Assembly (NCBI GenBank): GCA_963791045.1
Contig: CAWBQK010000007.1
Location: 64,001 to 128,000, forward strand
Origin: Candidatus Latescibacterota bacterium
GTDB taxonomy: Bacteria > Krumholzibacteriota > Krumholzibacteriia > WVZY01
Direction: 5' to 3'
DNA: 64,000 nt
In this document: one piece after another, positions 13,689-23,476 of the stretch
Layout of the letters: every line of letters starts with the position of its first letter
Numbering within the stretch: the stretch's first letter is position 1
The notes under the pieces: generated by a model
The model's database searches: none
The model's input: the letters and a program-made list of their open reading frames with translations, nothing else
Told to the model about the DNA's origin: nothing
Program-made: the position numbers and the translations under genes

Positions 13689-14834
13689 TCACCTGGCTTT
13701 CAGACTGCCGTACAGGTCATTGTACCGTTTCGCCGTTGTTTCTATCGAGAATCCCGCCACCATTTTCTCGCGCGCCCGGTTCCCGATCTGCTTGCCCGCC
13801 TCCGGGTCGTCGATCAATTCGCAGATCCGGCGTCCCCACTCCTCGCTGTCATCAACATCGACCAATATGCCCGTTTCCCCGTCATCGACGAGGTCGGCAT
13901 TGCCGCCTATGTTGCTCGCGATCGATGGCAGGGCGCATGCCATGGCTTCGATCAGTGCATTCGACAACCCTTCCATTCGCGTGGGAAGAACAAAAATGTC
14001 GGCGGCGCGCAAATAGTCTTCGACCTCCGGCTTGAACCCCGTGACGACGGTCCCCGGCGATTCTTCGAGTCTTCGCAGCAGCGTTGTCCGGGCGGTGGAT
14101 TCGATTTCATCGATGGGGCCGACAAGCACAAGCGACGCGTCGCTGTGTTTTTGGACGACCATCCGCCAGGCTGAAACGAGCGTATCGATACCCTTTCTGA
14201 TCCTGACCACGCCGGTGAACACCACCATCGGACCGTTTTCGGAGAGCCCGAGTTTTCGTTTGAGATGTCGGCGCTCATCCTCCGCTGTCGGCCGGAAACG
14301 ATTTGTGTCAACGCCGTTGGGGATTTCCACGAGGCGATGGGGCGGCAAGCCGCTTCGTCGGTATGACGCGCTGAGCTCACGGCTGATACCGACAACGGCG
14401 TCCGCCGAACTAAGTGATCTGAGCAGGCAGGCGCCGAATCGCCGCCGTCCGATCGACTCGGTATCGTCCGTACCCATCGACGACATTTTCACGACGCAGG
14501 GGATTCCAAATCGTTTCGCGACGAACAAAACGGGGATGATTCCCATGTATGCCCCATGGAGATGGACGACTTCGATCTCCCTTCTTCGCCGGAAGACCTG
14601 CCAGGCAGCGTTGAGAAAAAACAATAACGATGCGAGCCGTCTCGGCCGCGGCGATCCGAGACGGAGAATGTTGACTCCGTCGAATATTTCATGCCGCGGA
14701 TGAGACGGATCAAGCCGGGCTGTTAAAGCGGACACGTCGAACCCGTTTTTCGTGAGCTCCTTTGCGAGACTCAGCGCCTGGGCGCCGGCGCCCCCGTACA
14801 TCGGAGGCATCAGGTAGCAGACCATGTAGATCAA
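13689..14834 (-). CDS. GT4 family glycosyltransferase
   Basis: YGGAG, EIPNGVD, EGLSNALIEAMA. Confidence 0.9.
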   Translation of the reverse strand: MIYMVCYLMPPMYGGAGAQALSLAKELTKNGFDVSALTARLDPSHPRHEIFDGVNILRLGSPRPRRLASLLFFLNAAWQVFRRRREIEVVHLHGAYMGIIPVLFVAKRFGIPCVVKMSSMGTDDTESIGRRRFGACLLRSLSSADAVVGISRELSASYRRSGLPPHRLVEIPNGVDTNRFRPTAEDERRHLKRKLGLSENGPMVVFTGVVRIRKGIDTLVSAWRMVVQKHSDASLVLVGPIDEIESTARTTLLRRLEESPGTVVTGFKPEVEDYLRAADIFVLPTRMEGLSNALIEAMACALPSIASNIGGNADLVDDGETGILVDVDDSEEWGRRICELIDDPEAGKQIGNRAREKMVAGFSIETTAKRYNDLYGSLKAR

Positions 14835-15991
14835 TGTGTCACCGCCTCGAGAACTTCTTCATAACGTCCTGTGATTCGGTCCCACGCGAGGTTCTTCTCG
14901 ACCCACAACCGGGCATTTGCGCCAAGCCTGGCGCGCTCCGCGGGGTCGTCGATGAGTTCCGTTATGGCGTGTGCCATCGCCCGAGGGTCGAAAGGGGGGA
15001 CGAGGACACCGGTGTTGCGGTCTGAAACTACATCTGGGATGGCTGTGTGATTCACCGAAACGATTGGCTTTCCCGCCGCCATCGCTTCGGCGAGGACGAT
15101 ACCGAATGTTTCGTATGCGGAATGAAAAACGAACACATCGGCCATGGCATAGTAACGAGGGAGTTCCTCGTCGGAGATGTAGCCGGTGAAGAGAACCGAG
15201 CCCTCAATTCCGAGTCTTACGGTGAGCGCCTGCAGCCCCTGCATCGACGGGCCCGTACCGCCGACGACGAGTCTTGCCGCCGGGTGCTTCTTTGCCACGA
15301 GGGCAAAACTCTCGATGACGACATCGACTCGTTTTTCATTGGACAGCCGCTGCATCGCAAAGAGAACAGGTGTGTCGGTGGCAAGGCCGAGCTTGCCCCT
15401 TATGTCCGAACCATCCATCCCCGGGCGATAGGCGTCGAGGTCGACGCCCGGCTCTATGATATGTCCCCGGCGGCCCGGTTTGCCATCGTAAATCGCACGC
15501 CGGCAAAAATCGGTGATATATGTGACGTCATCGGCTTGTGACGCCGCCCACCTGCAGTAAAATTTCCAGAACCACGGGGTCCCCGGACCCGGGACGTCCC
15601 TTCCCGGGAATGTGAGCACCATCGGTACGCCGTGCCGCTTTGATCCCGCGACGGCGGCGAGACCGGTGTGAACCATGTAGTGGGCATTCAAAACGTCCGG
15701 TTTGAAATCAGCTATCGCTTTTGAAACCGCCGCAACCGCGGACAGCGAAAATGGTGGAATGATCCCGCCGGTCATGCGGTGTCCGCGAATCTTCATCGGT
15801 GTCCAACGGTCGCTATATCGAATGACGGGGAAGTTGACGAGGTCTTCCTTCTCCTTTGCGTCACCGGGCTTGTTCGCGGTGACAAGAAGGACCTCATGGC
15901 GCTGCGCCAGTCTCCGAAATACTTCGAGGAGCAATATCTCGGCGCCGCCGACCACGGGCAGAAACGTTGGTGTGACGACCAGGATTCGCAT
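14831..15991 (-). CDS. GT4 family glycosyltransferase
   Basis: PVVGGAE, RLSNEKR, ETFGIVLAEAMAAG. Confidence 0.9.
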   Translation of the reverse strand: MRILVVTPTFLPVVGGAEILLLEVFRRLAQRHEVLLVTANKPGDAKEKEDLVNFPVIRYSDRWTPMKIRGHRMTGGIIPPFSLSAVAAVSKAIADFKPDVLNAHYMVHTGLAAVAGSKRHGVPMVLTFPGRDVPGPGTPWFWKFYCRWAASQADDVTYITDFCRRAIYDGKPGRRGHIIEPGVDLDAYRPGMDGSDIRGKLGLATDTPVLFAMQRLSNEKRVDVVIESFALVAKKHPAARLVVGGTGPSMQGLQALTVRLGIEGSVLFTGYISDEELPRYYAMADVFVFHSAYETFGIVLAEAMAAGKPIVSVNHTAIPDVVSDRNTGVLVPPFDPRAMAHAITELIDDPAERARLGANARLWVEKNLAWDRITGRYEEVLEAVTH

Positions 15992-16179
15992 CGGTCCTTA
16001 TCCATCCATTCGCAATCAAATCCGATTGTATTGTCCGCGGAAAGGATATCGTGTACCCTTTTGGTCCGTTCCAACGCGTGGGATGGATCTGGCACATCCG
16101 CTCCGGTGACGAAGATGCTACCATACGGCGACATCCGGTCACAAAGACTATCCAAAACGAAAGTGATCCCGGGAAAAGC

Positions 16180-17361
16180 ATGGAACCGCGCGCAAAAGAA
16201 AAAACCGGCAGGGGAGGGCGGCGGACCAAACTCCTTTTCCTCGTGACCGAGGACTGGTATTTCTGCTCGCATCGGTTGCCGATCGCGCGTGCCGCCAGAG
16301 ACGCGGGGTTCGATGTTTCCGTAGCCACACGTGTCAAGGATCACGCCGATATTATTCACAGAGAAAAGCTGAGGTTGATTCCTCTTAAATGGAAACGCCG
16401 GTCGATTAACCCGTGGTACGAGAGCCGGGCGCTGGCGGAACTCATCGGTGTTTACCGCAGGGAACGGCCTGACCTCGTTCATCACATTGCGTTGAAGCCG
16501 ACGTTATACGGTTCGATAGCGGCGCGCGTGACGCGAACTTGCGCATACGTAAATACGGTTGCCGGACTCGGTTACGTGTTTACGTCACGAGAACTCAAGG
16601 CGCGGGTGCTGGGTCCGATGATGCGTCTGGCGTTTCGAAATCTGCTGAACCAACCGAACAGCCGTTTGATTCTTCAGAACCCGGACGACCGTGATGTGCT
16701 TGCCCGCTTCTGCAATGTTCGTCCCGAACGGACTTTTCTGATTCGCGGTTCGGGTGTCGATATGTCGGAGTTTGCGCCGACGCCTCAACCCGGCGGGATT
16801 GTAAACGTCACAATGGTATCGAGAATGTTGTGGTCGAAAGGGGTGGGCGAACTCGTCGACGCGGCAAAAAAACTCAAAAGTATGGGGGTGTCGATTAAAG
16901 TGACACTCGTGGGCGCGCCCGATCCCGAAAACCCCGCGTCGATTTCAATCGCGCAGCTAAAAGAATGGGAGGCGGCGGGGCTTGTGGATTGGCTGGGGCA
17001 TCGGGATGACATAACCGACATCTTGTCGAAGACGTCGATAGCCGTCCTGCCGACGACCTATGGTGAGGGCGTGCCCAAAGCGCTCATCGAGGCGGCGGCG
17101 TGTGCGCGTCCGATCATCGCGACCGACGTGCCCGGTTGTCGTGAGATTGTAAACGACGGTGAGAGCGGCATCCTCGTCCCGCCGAAAAACGCGGAAGCGC
17201 TTCTCGAAGCGATCCGTCTGCTGGCGGGCGATCCCGACCTTCGCAGACGGATGGGTGAAAAGGGAAGGGCGCATGCGGTGAACGGATTTTCAGAGGAAAC
17301 CGTGATCGAAAAGACACTCCTTTGTTACGAGTCTCTACTCTCAAGGGGAGAATCTCGATGA
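16180..17361 (+). CDS. GT4 glycosyltransferase (CapM/PglA-like)
   Basis: TEDWYFCSHRLP, KPTLYG, RGSGVD, EGVPKALIEAAA. Confidence 0.88.
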   Translation: MEPRAKEKTGRGGRRTKLLFLVTEDWYFCSHRLPIARAARDAGFDVSVATRVKDHADIIHREKLRLIPLKWKRRSINPWYESRALAELIGVYRRERPDLVHHIALKPTLYGSIAARVTRTCAYVNTVAGLGYVFTSRELKARVLGPMMRLAFRNLLNQPNSRLILQNPDDRDVLARFCNVRPERTFLIRGSGVDMSEFAPTPQPGGIVNVTMVSRMLWSKGVGELVDAAKKLKSMGVSIKVTLVGAPDPENPASISIAQLKEWEAAGLVDWLGHRDDITDILSKTSIAVLPTTYGEGVPKALIEAAACARPIIATDVPGCREIVNDGESGILVPPKNAEALLEAIRLLAGDPDLRRRMGEKGRAHAVNGFSEETVIEKTLLCYESLLSRGESR

Positions 17362-18352
17362 ATGCTCCACGGGAATTTCTTGTCACAGGCGCGTCGGGAT
17401 TTGTCGGCCGGGAACTGTGCCGGCAGCTTGCCGCCGCCGGGCGTATCCGCGCGTTATTTCGCCGGGACACCGATGGGCCGTGGGCAGAGACTTTCAAGAT
17501 CGACCTTTCAAAAGACGAACCGCTCGACGCGGCGGTGAACGGTGTCGACACTGTATATCATCTCGCCGCCAGGACCGACGATACGCGAACCGCGCCAAGA
17601 GACACCGACGTGTTTCACAGAATAAATCTGATCGGCACGACGCGGATTTTCAACGCGGCGGCCCGCGCCGGGGTCAAACGATTCATATATTTGAGCAGTA
17701 TCAAAGCGATGGGGATGGGGGGGGCGAAAAGCTAGACGAGAGTTTTCCGGCCGTGCCAATTACGCCTTACGGCCGTTCAAAAAAAGCCGCCGAAGAACAT
17801 GTTTTGGCAGGTGGAATTGCGCACGTGACGGCGCTGCGATCGACGCCGGTGTACGGACCGGGTTCCAAGGGAAATCTGACGCGGATGATTGGCGCCGTAT
17901 CCCGCGGGATGTTTCCACCGGTTCCATCCGTGGACAACGCGAGATCTATGGTGCACGTCGAGGATCTCGCACGGGCGCTGATTCTTGCTTCCGAAAAAGA
18001 AGAATCCAACCAGCGGGTTTATCTGGTTAGCGACGGGTTGGAATACTCGACCCGCCAGATGTACGAATGGATATGCGAAGAGTTGGGGCGTGCCGTCCCG
18101 TCATGGTCGATTCCACTGCCGATTCTTCGGGTGTTCGCCCGTGTCGGAGACGGAATCGGATGGGCTGCGCGGCGGCCGTTTATATTCAACTCGCTCACCA
18201 TGGATAGGCTCATGGGATCGGCGCGGTACGATTCGACACGAATCCAGATGGAGCTCGGTTTTCAACCCGAGTGGGATCTGAAACGGGCGTTGCCCGGTAT
18301 GGTCCGTCACATATTCCCGCCATCCGTCGGCGGGGAGTCGCCGTTACCATAA
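17358..18352 (+). CDS. NAD-dependent epimerase/dehydratase; frameshift in G8 tract 17717-17724
   Basis: TGASGFVG and LSSIKA in ORF 17322..17735; YGRSK and VYGPG in ORF 17417..18352. One more G would join them. Confidence 0.85.
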
Positions 18353-18593
18353 CATATTGTTAAATATGTCGTTGTTGCGCTCCCCTTGCGCCGCTGCCTC
18401 ATACGGGCACCAGCTCCGGAGTCAGGCTGCGCGTTGATCTGCGGCACTGGGAGCGGATAAATCCCTTGTTCTCGCGGTGCCAAGTGCCTATCCTCTATGT
18501 TTTAAGGGCGCTTCCGGTGTTTTGCCGTAAAGAGAAGCGCGTTAGACGAGCGAGCCGACCCGCATTTGCGGGTCGAAAGGAAGGCGTGTATCC

Positions 18594-21353
18594 ATGGCCG
18601 GGCTCGGCACATTTCTTGTGGCATTCCTTCTGTCGTATGTTGGAACGACGCTGTTGTTGAGAGTTCCTCTCAAGGGCGGGTTCGTCGACGTGCCCAACGA
18701 GCGAAGTTCGCACGACACCGTCAAGCTCAGGTTTGGCGGCATCGCGATCTTTTTGTCGTTTTTTGTCGTGACTCTCTTTTTGCTTGTCACTCGACCGGCA
18801 CTGACCGGATTTCTGCCGCTCCTGGTTGGCGGGGCGCTTGTTTTTTCGGTGGGTCTTCTCGACGACTGGCGTTCTCTTCCCGTCTGGAGCCGGTTCGGTG
18901 CGCAGGTCGCAGCCGCGGGAATACTCGTGGCAACGGGCAACGTGGTCGATCATATTTATTTGCCCCTCGTCGGTACGATAGATCTCGATATACTCGCCAT
19001 TCCTTTCACCGTTCTCTTCGTTATGGCGAGCATAAACTTTTACAATTTTATTGACGGGATCGACGGGCTTGCCGCGGGAAGCGCGTTTATCATTGCAGGA
19101 TTCCTGGCGCTGATTGCCTACATGGTCGGTCATCCCGCTCTTGCTCTCGTATGTCTCGCCCTCGCGGGGAGTTCGGTCGGCTTTCTCCAGTTTAATTTTC
19201 CGCCCTCCAGGCTCTTTATGGGCGACGGCGGCAGCACCTTTCTGGGGTACTTTTTCGCGTTCGTCGCAATATCCGGCAACCGTATGACCCCGGAGATACC
19301 GTTCTTTATACCTGTTTTGATGGTGTCTTCGCTTTACCTCGACGCGGGACTCACCCTGGCTCAGCGGGCGTTTCGCGGGGAAAAGATTTTCAAGCCGCAC
19401 CACACGCATTACTACCAGCGTCTTCTATCGCTCGGCCTGAACCACAAACAGGTTACGTTTCTTGAATACGGCGTGACAATCCTTCTCGGTATAAGCGCGC
19501 TTGTTTTTTTCAAGGCGGGCGGATTCTTTCCGATCTTTGTTTGCATTTGCTGGCTCGCGATTTTTGCTTCGTTGATTATGAAGATCCGCAGCCTCGAAAG
19601 AGGGGACAGGGTGTTCTGGGAGCGGCGGACGTTGCTCGTTGTCGGGAGCGACATCGTTGTCATCTCGTTGGCGTATTTTGCCGCGTTTTTTATCCGGATA
19701 AATTTCCAGAAAACCGATCCGCATTGGGACGCGGTGCTCAAAGCGTTCCCGATCGTTCTCGTGGTTCGAAGCGCCAGCTTCTACTGGTTCGGGCTATACC
19801 GCGGGGTGTGGAAGTACACGAGTACGCCCGACGTTGTTCGCATCATCAAGGCGGTTACGGCGGGGTCGGCGGTAATTATTGCGCTGCTCGTTTTCTTTTA
19901 CCGTTTTGCGGCGTTTCCGAGGTCGATGTTCGTTATTGAGTTTTTTCTCCTGATCGCCGCCATCGGAGGGACGCGTTTCGCATCGCGGTTGTTCCACGAG
20001 TACGGCAAGGAAGCTGTTGGCGGCGCGGCGCGGCGGATCGCGATAATCGGGGCGGGAGACAATGGCGAGAGACTCTTGAGAGAGATTCGGAGTACGGAGG
20101 GTAAAAGAGCGTCCGTGGTTTGTTTTATCGACGATGACAGCCGCAAGGAAGGTTTGATTCTTCAGGGCGTACCGATCAGGGGGCCGATCGAAGGGTTGAA
20201 AGAGATTTGCGCGAAGCTCAAGGTCGATTCGGTTGTCATCGGTATTTCCGATCCGCCTCCGGCCACGGTCAAGTTTGTCGTCAAGAGTGCAAGGGAGGCG
20301 GGGATAGAACTCGAGACACGGAACGGTCTCCATATTGAATCCTCGGCGGCGCCGGCCGTGGTATTCGACCGGATATCCGAAAGGCTTGGCCGAGCGCTTC
20401 CGCTTCACGCCGACGAAAAAGTCCGGCCGTTCTATTCGGGCAAACGAGTACTCGTGACGAATGGGGGAGAGGCCATCGGCCCCGCGCTTGTTCGCGATCT
20501 TCTTGACCTCGGTTCAGACGTGGCGGTTCATGTCAATTCGCCGTGGGAAACCGAGCGGTTCCAGGCGCAGATTGACGATCACACCCGGTTTTACGCGGGT
20601 TCTCTTGACCGCGAGGTTGATGCGGCGGCCGTCATAAACGGTCACGACCCGCAGGTGATCTTTCACGCGGTCAGGCTTCGCGCTGAAAATATGGTGAACG
20701 AGGCGGACATCGTCTGGCGGCGCGTGGTTCGTGGGGCGGAAGCGATGTGCAAAAGTCTCGAGAAATCGCGTGTTGAATCTCTCGTCTTTTTGTTCTTCTG
20801 GGAAGGATCGCCGGTGGAGAGCTTCTGGACGAGCGCCGCCGCCCTCGGTGAGACCATGGTTCTCAACAACCCGGGTATCCTGCACACCTCTCCGAAATCG
20901 ATCAGGTTGCCGCTGGTATTGACCGGCGACTTGCTCCGCGACGCAAGGCGGATTAGATCAGCGGCGCCGCGGTACGGAATCCTCGAGCCGGAGGCCGTCG
21001 CGCTCGCGCTCAATGCTTGTGCGGGTTTGAAGGGGCGCGCCATCGCCGTGCCTCGCTTCGAGTCCGACATAGATTTCAGATCGGTTCTGAAAATGCTCAA
21101 CATCCCGGTGTCGGCCGAGAGCGATGCAGAACCGGAGCTGGCCCCGCCGATCTACCCGGGCGAATCCGCGCGGCCATCGGTGGTCCAGGGGGCCGGCGAG
21201 GTAATCAGTCCGGTTTATCCCGCCGATGAGATCCTTCGCGAAGCGGTGTCGAAATGTTTGTACGCGTCGGGAAATGAAGACTTGCAAAAATGCCTCGAAA
21301 TGCTCAACAGTAAACTTTTCGAGCACGCGCGATCGACCGCCGGCAAGCAATGA
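18594..21353 (+). CDS. Fusion: WecA/TagO-type polyprenyl-phosphate HexNAc-1-P transferase + PglF/CapD-like membrane and CoA-binding-like domains + degenerate SDR domain
   Basis: GLLDD, NFIDGIDGLA, FMGDGGS (WecA/MraY family); GLYRGVWKYTS, IIGAGDNG, FIDDD (CapD N-region); VLVTNGGEAIG (eroded Rossmann motif). Confidence 0.85.
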   Translation: MAGLGTFLVAFLLSYVGTTLLLRVPLKGGFVDVPNERSSHDTVKLRFGGIAIFLSFFVVTLFLLVTRPALTGFLPLLVGGALVFSVGLLDDWRSLPVWSRFGAQVAAAGILVATGNVVDHIYLPLVGTIDLDILAIPFTVLFVMASINFYNFIDGIDGLAAGSAFIIAGFLALIAYMVGHPALALVCLALAGSSVGFLQFNFPPSRLFMGDGGSTFLGYFFAFVAISGNRMTPEIPFFIPVLMVSSLYLDAGLTLAQRAFRGEKIFKPHHTHYYQRLLSLGLNHKQVTFLEYGVTILLGISALVFFKAGGFFPIFVCICWLAIFASLIMKIRSLERGDRVFWERRTLLVVGSDIVVISLAYFAAFFIRINFQKTDPHWDAVLKAFPIVLVVRSASFYWFGLYRGVWKYTSTPDVVRIIKAVTAGSAVIIALLVFFYRFAAFPRSMFVIEFFLLIAAIGGTRFASRLFHEYGKEAVGGAARRIAIIGAGDNGERLLREIRSTEGKRASVVCFIDDDSRKEGLILQGVPIRGPIEGLKEICAKLKVDSVVIGISDPPPATVKFVVKSAREAGIELETRNGLHIESSAAPAVVFDRISERLGRALPLHADEKVRPFYSGKRVLVTNGGEAIGPALVRDLLDLGSDVAVHVNSPWETERFQAQIDDHTRFYAGSLDREVDAAAVINGHDPQVIFHAVRLRAENMVNEADIVWRRVVRGAEAMCKSLEKSRVESLVFLFFWEGSPVESFWTSAAALGETMVLNNPGILHTSPKSIRLPLVLTGDLLRDARRIRSAAPRYGILEPEAVALALNACAGLKGRAIAVPRFESDIDFRSVLKMLNIPVSAESDAEPELAPPIYPGESARPSVVQGAGEVISPVYPADEILREAVSKCLYASGNEDLQKCLEMLNSKLFEHARSTAGKQ

Positions 21354-21400
21354 CGTCCGCGCGCTGTCTGTAAAGATGCCGCGAGACGGGGGAAAGCTGT

Positions 21401-22291
21401 TTGAAACAAATTTTCTACATATTCATCGGGATGCGTCCCCGGCAGTGGACCAAGAACCTGGTCACTTTCGCCGGTTTGATTTTTTCGCAAAATCTGACAA
21501 ACGGATCTTTTCTCGCCAAAAGCGTGGAAGCGTTTGTAATTTTCTGCGCGTTGTCCGGGGTTATCTATCTTGTCAACGATGTCGTAGATATTGAAAAGGA
21601 CAAACTGCACGACGTGAAGCGGAAGCGCCCGCTGCCGTCGGGGAAGCTCTCGATTCCCGCCGCGTTGTCCGGGGCGACCGCGATAAGCATCGTGGCGTTG
21701 TTTTTTGCTTTCAAGGTGGGAGCAAGCTTTTTCGCCGTCTCCGTTATGTTCTTCGTCCTGAACATTCTCTATTCACTGTTTCTCAAAAGGATCGTTCTGC
21801 TCGATGTGGTCAGCATCTCGCTGAGTTTTGTCATTCGCGCGATCGCCGGCGTGGAAGCTCTCGCCGGTGTCGATCCGACGATCGAGATCTCGCCGTGGCT
21901 GTTGATCTGTACTTTGTTTCTGTCTCTTTTTCTCGCTTTTTGCAAGCGCCGTCATGAACTCACCACAATGGGGGATGCGGCCAGTCACCGCGAAGCGCTC
22001 GCGGAGTATTCTCCCGAGCTAATTAACCAGCTGGTAGGGATCACCGCGGCCGGCGCGGTCTTGTCATACTCGATTTACACAATCTGGCCGGATACGGTCG
22101 ACAAATTCGGAACGGCCAACCTCGTCTACACAATCCCGCTTGTTCTGATCGGTGTGATGCGTTATCTCTATCTTGTCTACAGCAAGGACAAAGGAGGCAG
22201 TCCGTCGGATCTGCTTCTCAGCGAGAAGTTCATTCTCATCGTGGTATTCTTGTGGATACTTCTCGTGGTTGCGATCTTCTATTTTTTCTAA
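21401..22291 (+). CDS. UbiA-family decaprenyl-phosphate phosphoribosyltransferase-like protein
   Basis: MRPRQWTKN, YLVNDVVDIEKDKLH..KRKRPLPSG, FVIRA, KRRHEL. Confidence 0.85.
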   Translation: MKQIFYIFIGMRPRQWTKNLVTFAGLIFSQNLTNGSFLAKSVEAFVIFCALSGVIYLVNDVVDIEKDKLHDVKRKRPLPSGKLSIPAALSGATAISIVALFFAFKVGASFFAVSVMFFVLNILYSLFLKRIVLLDVVSISLSFVIRAIAGVEALAGVDPTIEISPWLLICTLFLSLFLAFCKRRHELTTMGDAASHREALAEYSPELINQLVGITAAGAVLSYSIYTIWPDTVDKFGTANLVYTIPLVLIGVMRYLYLVYSKDKGGSPSDLLLSEKFILIVVFLWILLVVAIFYFF

Positions 22292-22366
22292 TATAACTAT
22301 CGGCTGAACGAAAGTTGTGAAACCGGGCGTGCCCGTCCGCCTAAAACATGGAGGAGATGGTCGAGG

Positions 22367-23476
22367 ATGGCATCTGTTGTTTCCGTCGTATTTACAAAAC
22401 CCGAGACCGTGATCGAGGACTACAAGAAGGTCATGGAGCTTGCTTCGTGGCAGGACCATCTTGCCGGCGAGCGCGAACTTCTTATTAAACTCAATCTGTC
22501 GTGGACCAAATATTTTCCGGCGTGCTCGAGCCAGCCGTGGCAGGTCGACGGTGTTCTGAATACGCTTCTCGACGGGCCTTACACGCCCGAAACCGTTCTT
22601 CCTATCGAAAACAAGACCGTGGTGACGAACCCGATTCAAGGTGCGCGGAACAACCTGTGGATGCCCGTTCTCGATCGGCACAAGTGTCGGTTTCAGCCGC
22701 TCACCGATGTTGAGTGGATCGTGTACAAGTTCAAATCCAAGCTCCTGAAACTCAATGATATTTTTCCGGAAGGCATTCAAATCCCCGCGATGTTCGAGGG
22801 ACGTGATATCCTTCACCTGCCCACAGTCAAGACGCACGGACACTCGGTAACCACGGGCGCGATCAAAAACGCATTCGGCGGTTTGTTAAAAGAGGTTCGT
22901 CACTACGCCCACAAATATATTCACGAGGTTCTCGTTGATCTCCTGTTGATGCAGCGGGAGCTCCACCCCAACGTGTTTGCGGTGATGGATGGAACCGTGG
23001 CCGGTGACGGCGCGGGTCCCCGCACCATGATCCCGTCGGTTCGCAACGTTATTCTCGCCAGCGCCGACTCTGTGGCGATCGACGCCGTTGCGGCGAAGCT
23101 GATGGGATTCGAACCTATGGAAATCCCGTATCTGCGGATGGCCACGGAAATGGGGCTTGGAGAGGCGAGGATCGACAAGATCGAAATTGCGGGCAGCGAC
23201 ATTTCCGAGATCAATTTCAATTTCAAGACAAAGAAAAGCCTCGTTATCTGGGGTGACCAGATGCTTCGGCTGGGCCCGCTCCGTTTTCTCGAAAAACTCC
23301 TCCTCCACTCGCCCCTCGTTGTGTGGGCGCCGTTCGCATCAAATGTATACCATGACATGTTCTGGTACCCGACGGTGGGGAAACAGAGAATTCGTGAATT
23401 TTCCGGCACGCCCTGGGGGCGCCTTTTTGATGAATACGCACGGTCGGGAGGGCGTATCTCCACCGAGACAAAGTGA
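22367..23476 (+). CDS. DUF362 domain protein
   Basis: IKLN, LPTVKTHGHSVTTGAIKNAFG, DGTVAGDGAGP, DSVAIDAV. Confidence 0.8.
   Translation: MASVVSVVFTKPETVIEDYKKVMELASWQDHLAGERELLIKLNLSWTKYFPACSSQPWQVDGVLNTLLDGPYTPETVLPIENKTVVTNPIQGARNNLWMPVLDRHKCRFQPLTDVEWIVYKFKSKLLKLNDIFPEGIQIPAMFEGRDILHLPTVKTHGHSVTTGAIKNAFGGLLKEVRHYAHKYIHEVLVDLLLMQRELHPNVFAVMDGTVAGDGAGPRTMIPSVRNVILASADSVAIDAVAAKLMGFEPMEIPYLRMATEMGLGEARIDKIEIAGSDISEINFNFKTKKSLVIWGDQMLRLGPLRFLEKLLLHSPLVVWAPFASNVYHDMFWYPTVGKQRIREFSGTPWGRLFDEYARSGGRISTETK

Noticed and set aside
18378-18460. Possible tRNA-Sec or tRNA-like element
   Set aside because: No TTC-GA T loop, UCA anticodon arm or CCA end recognisable on either strand.
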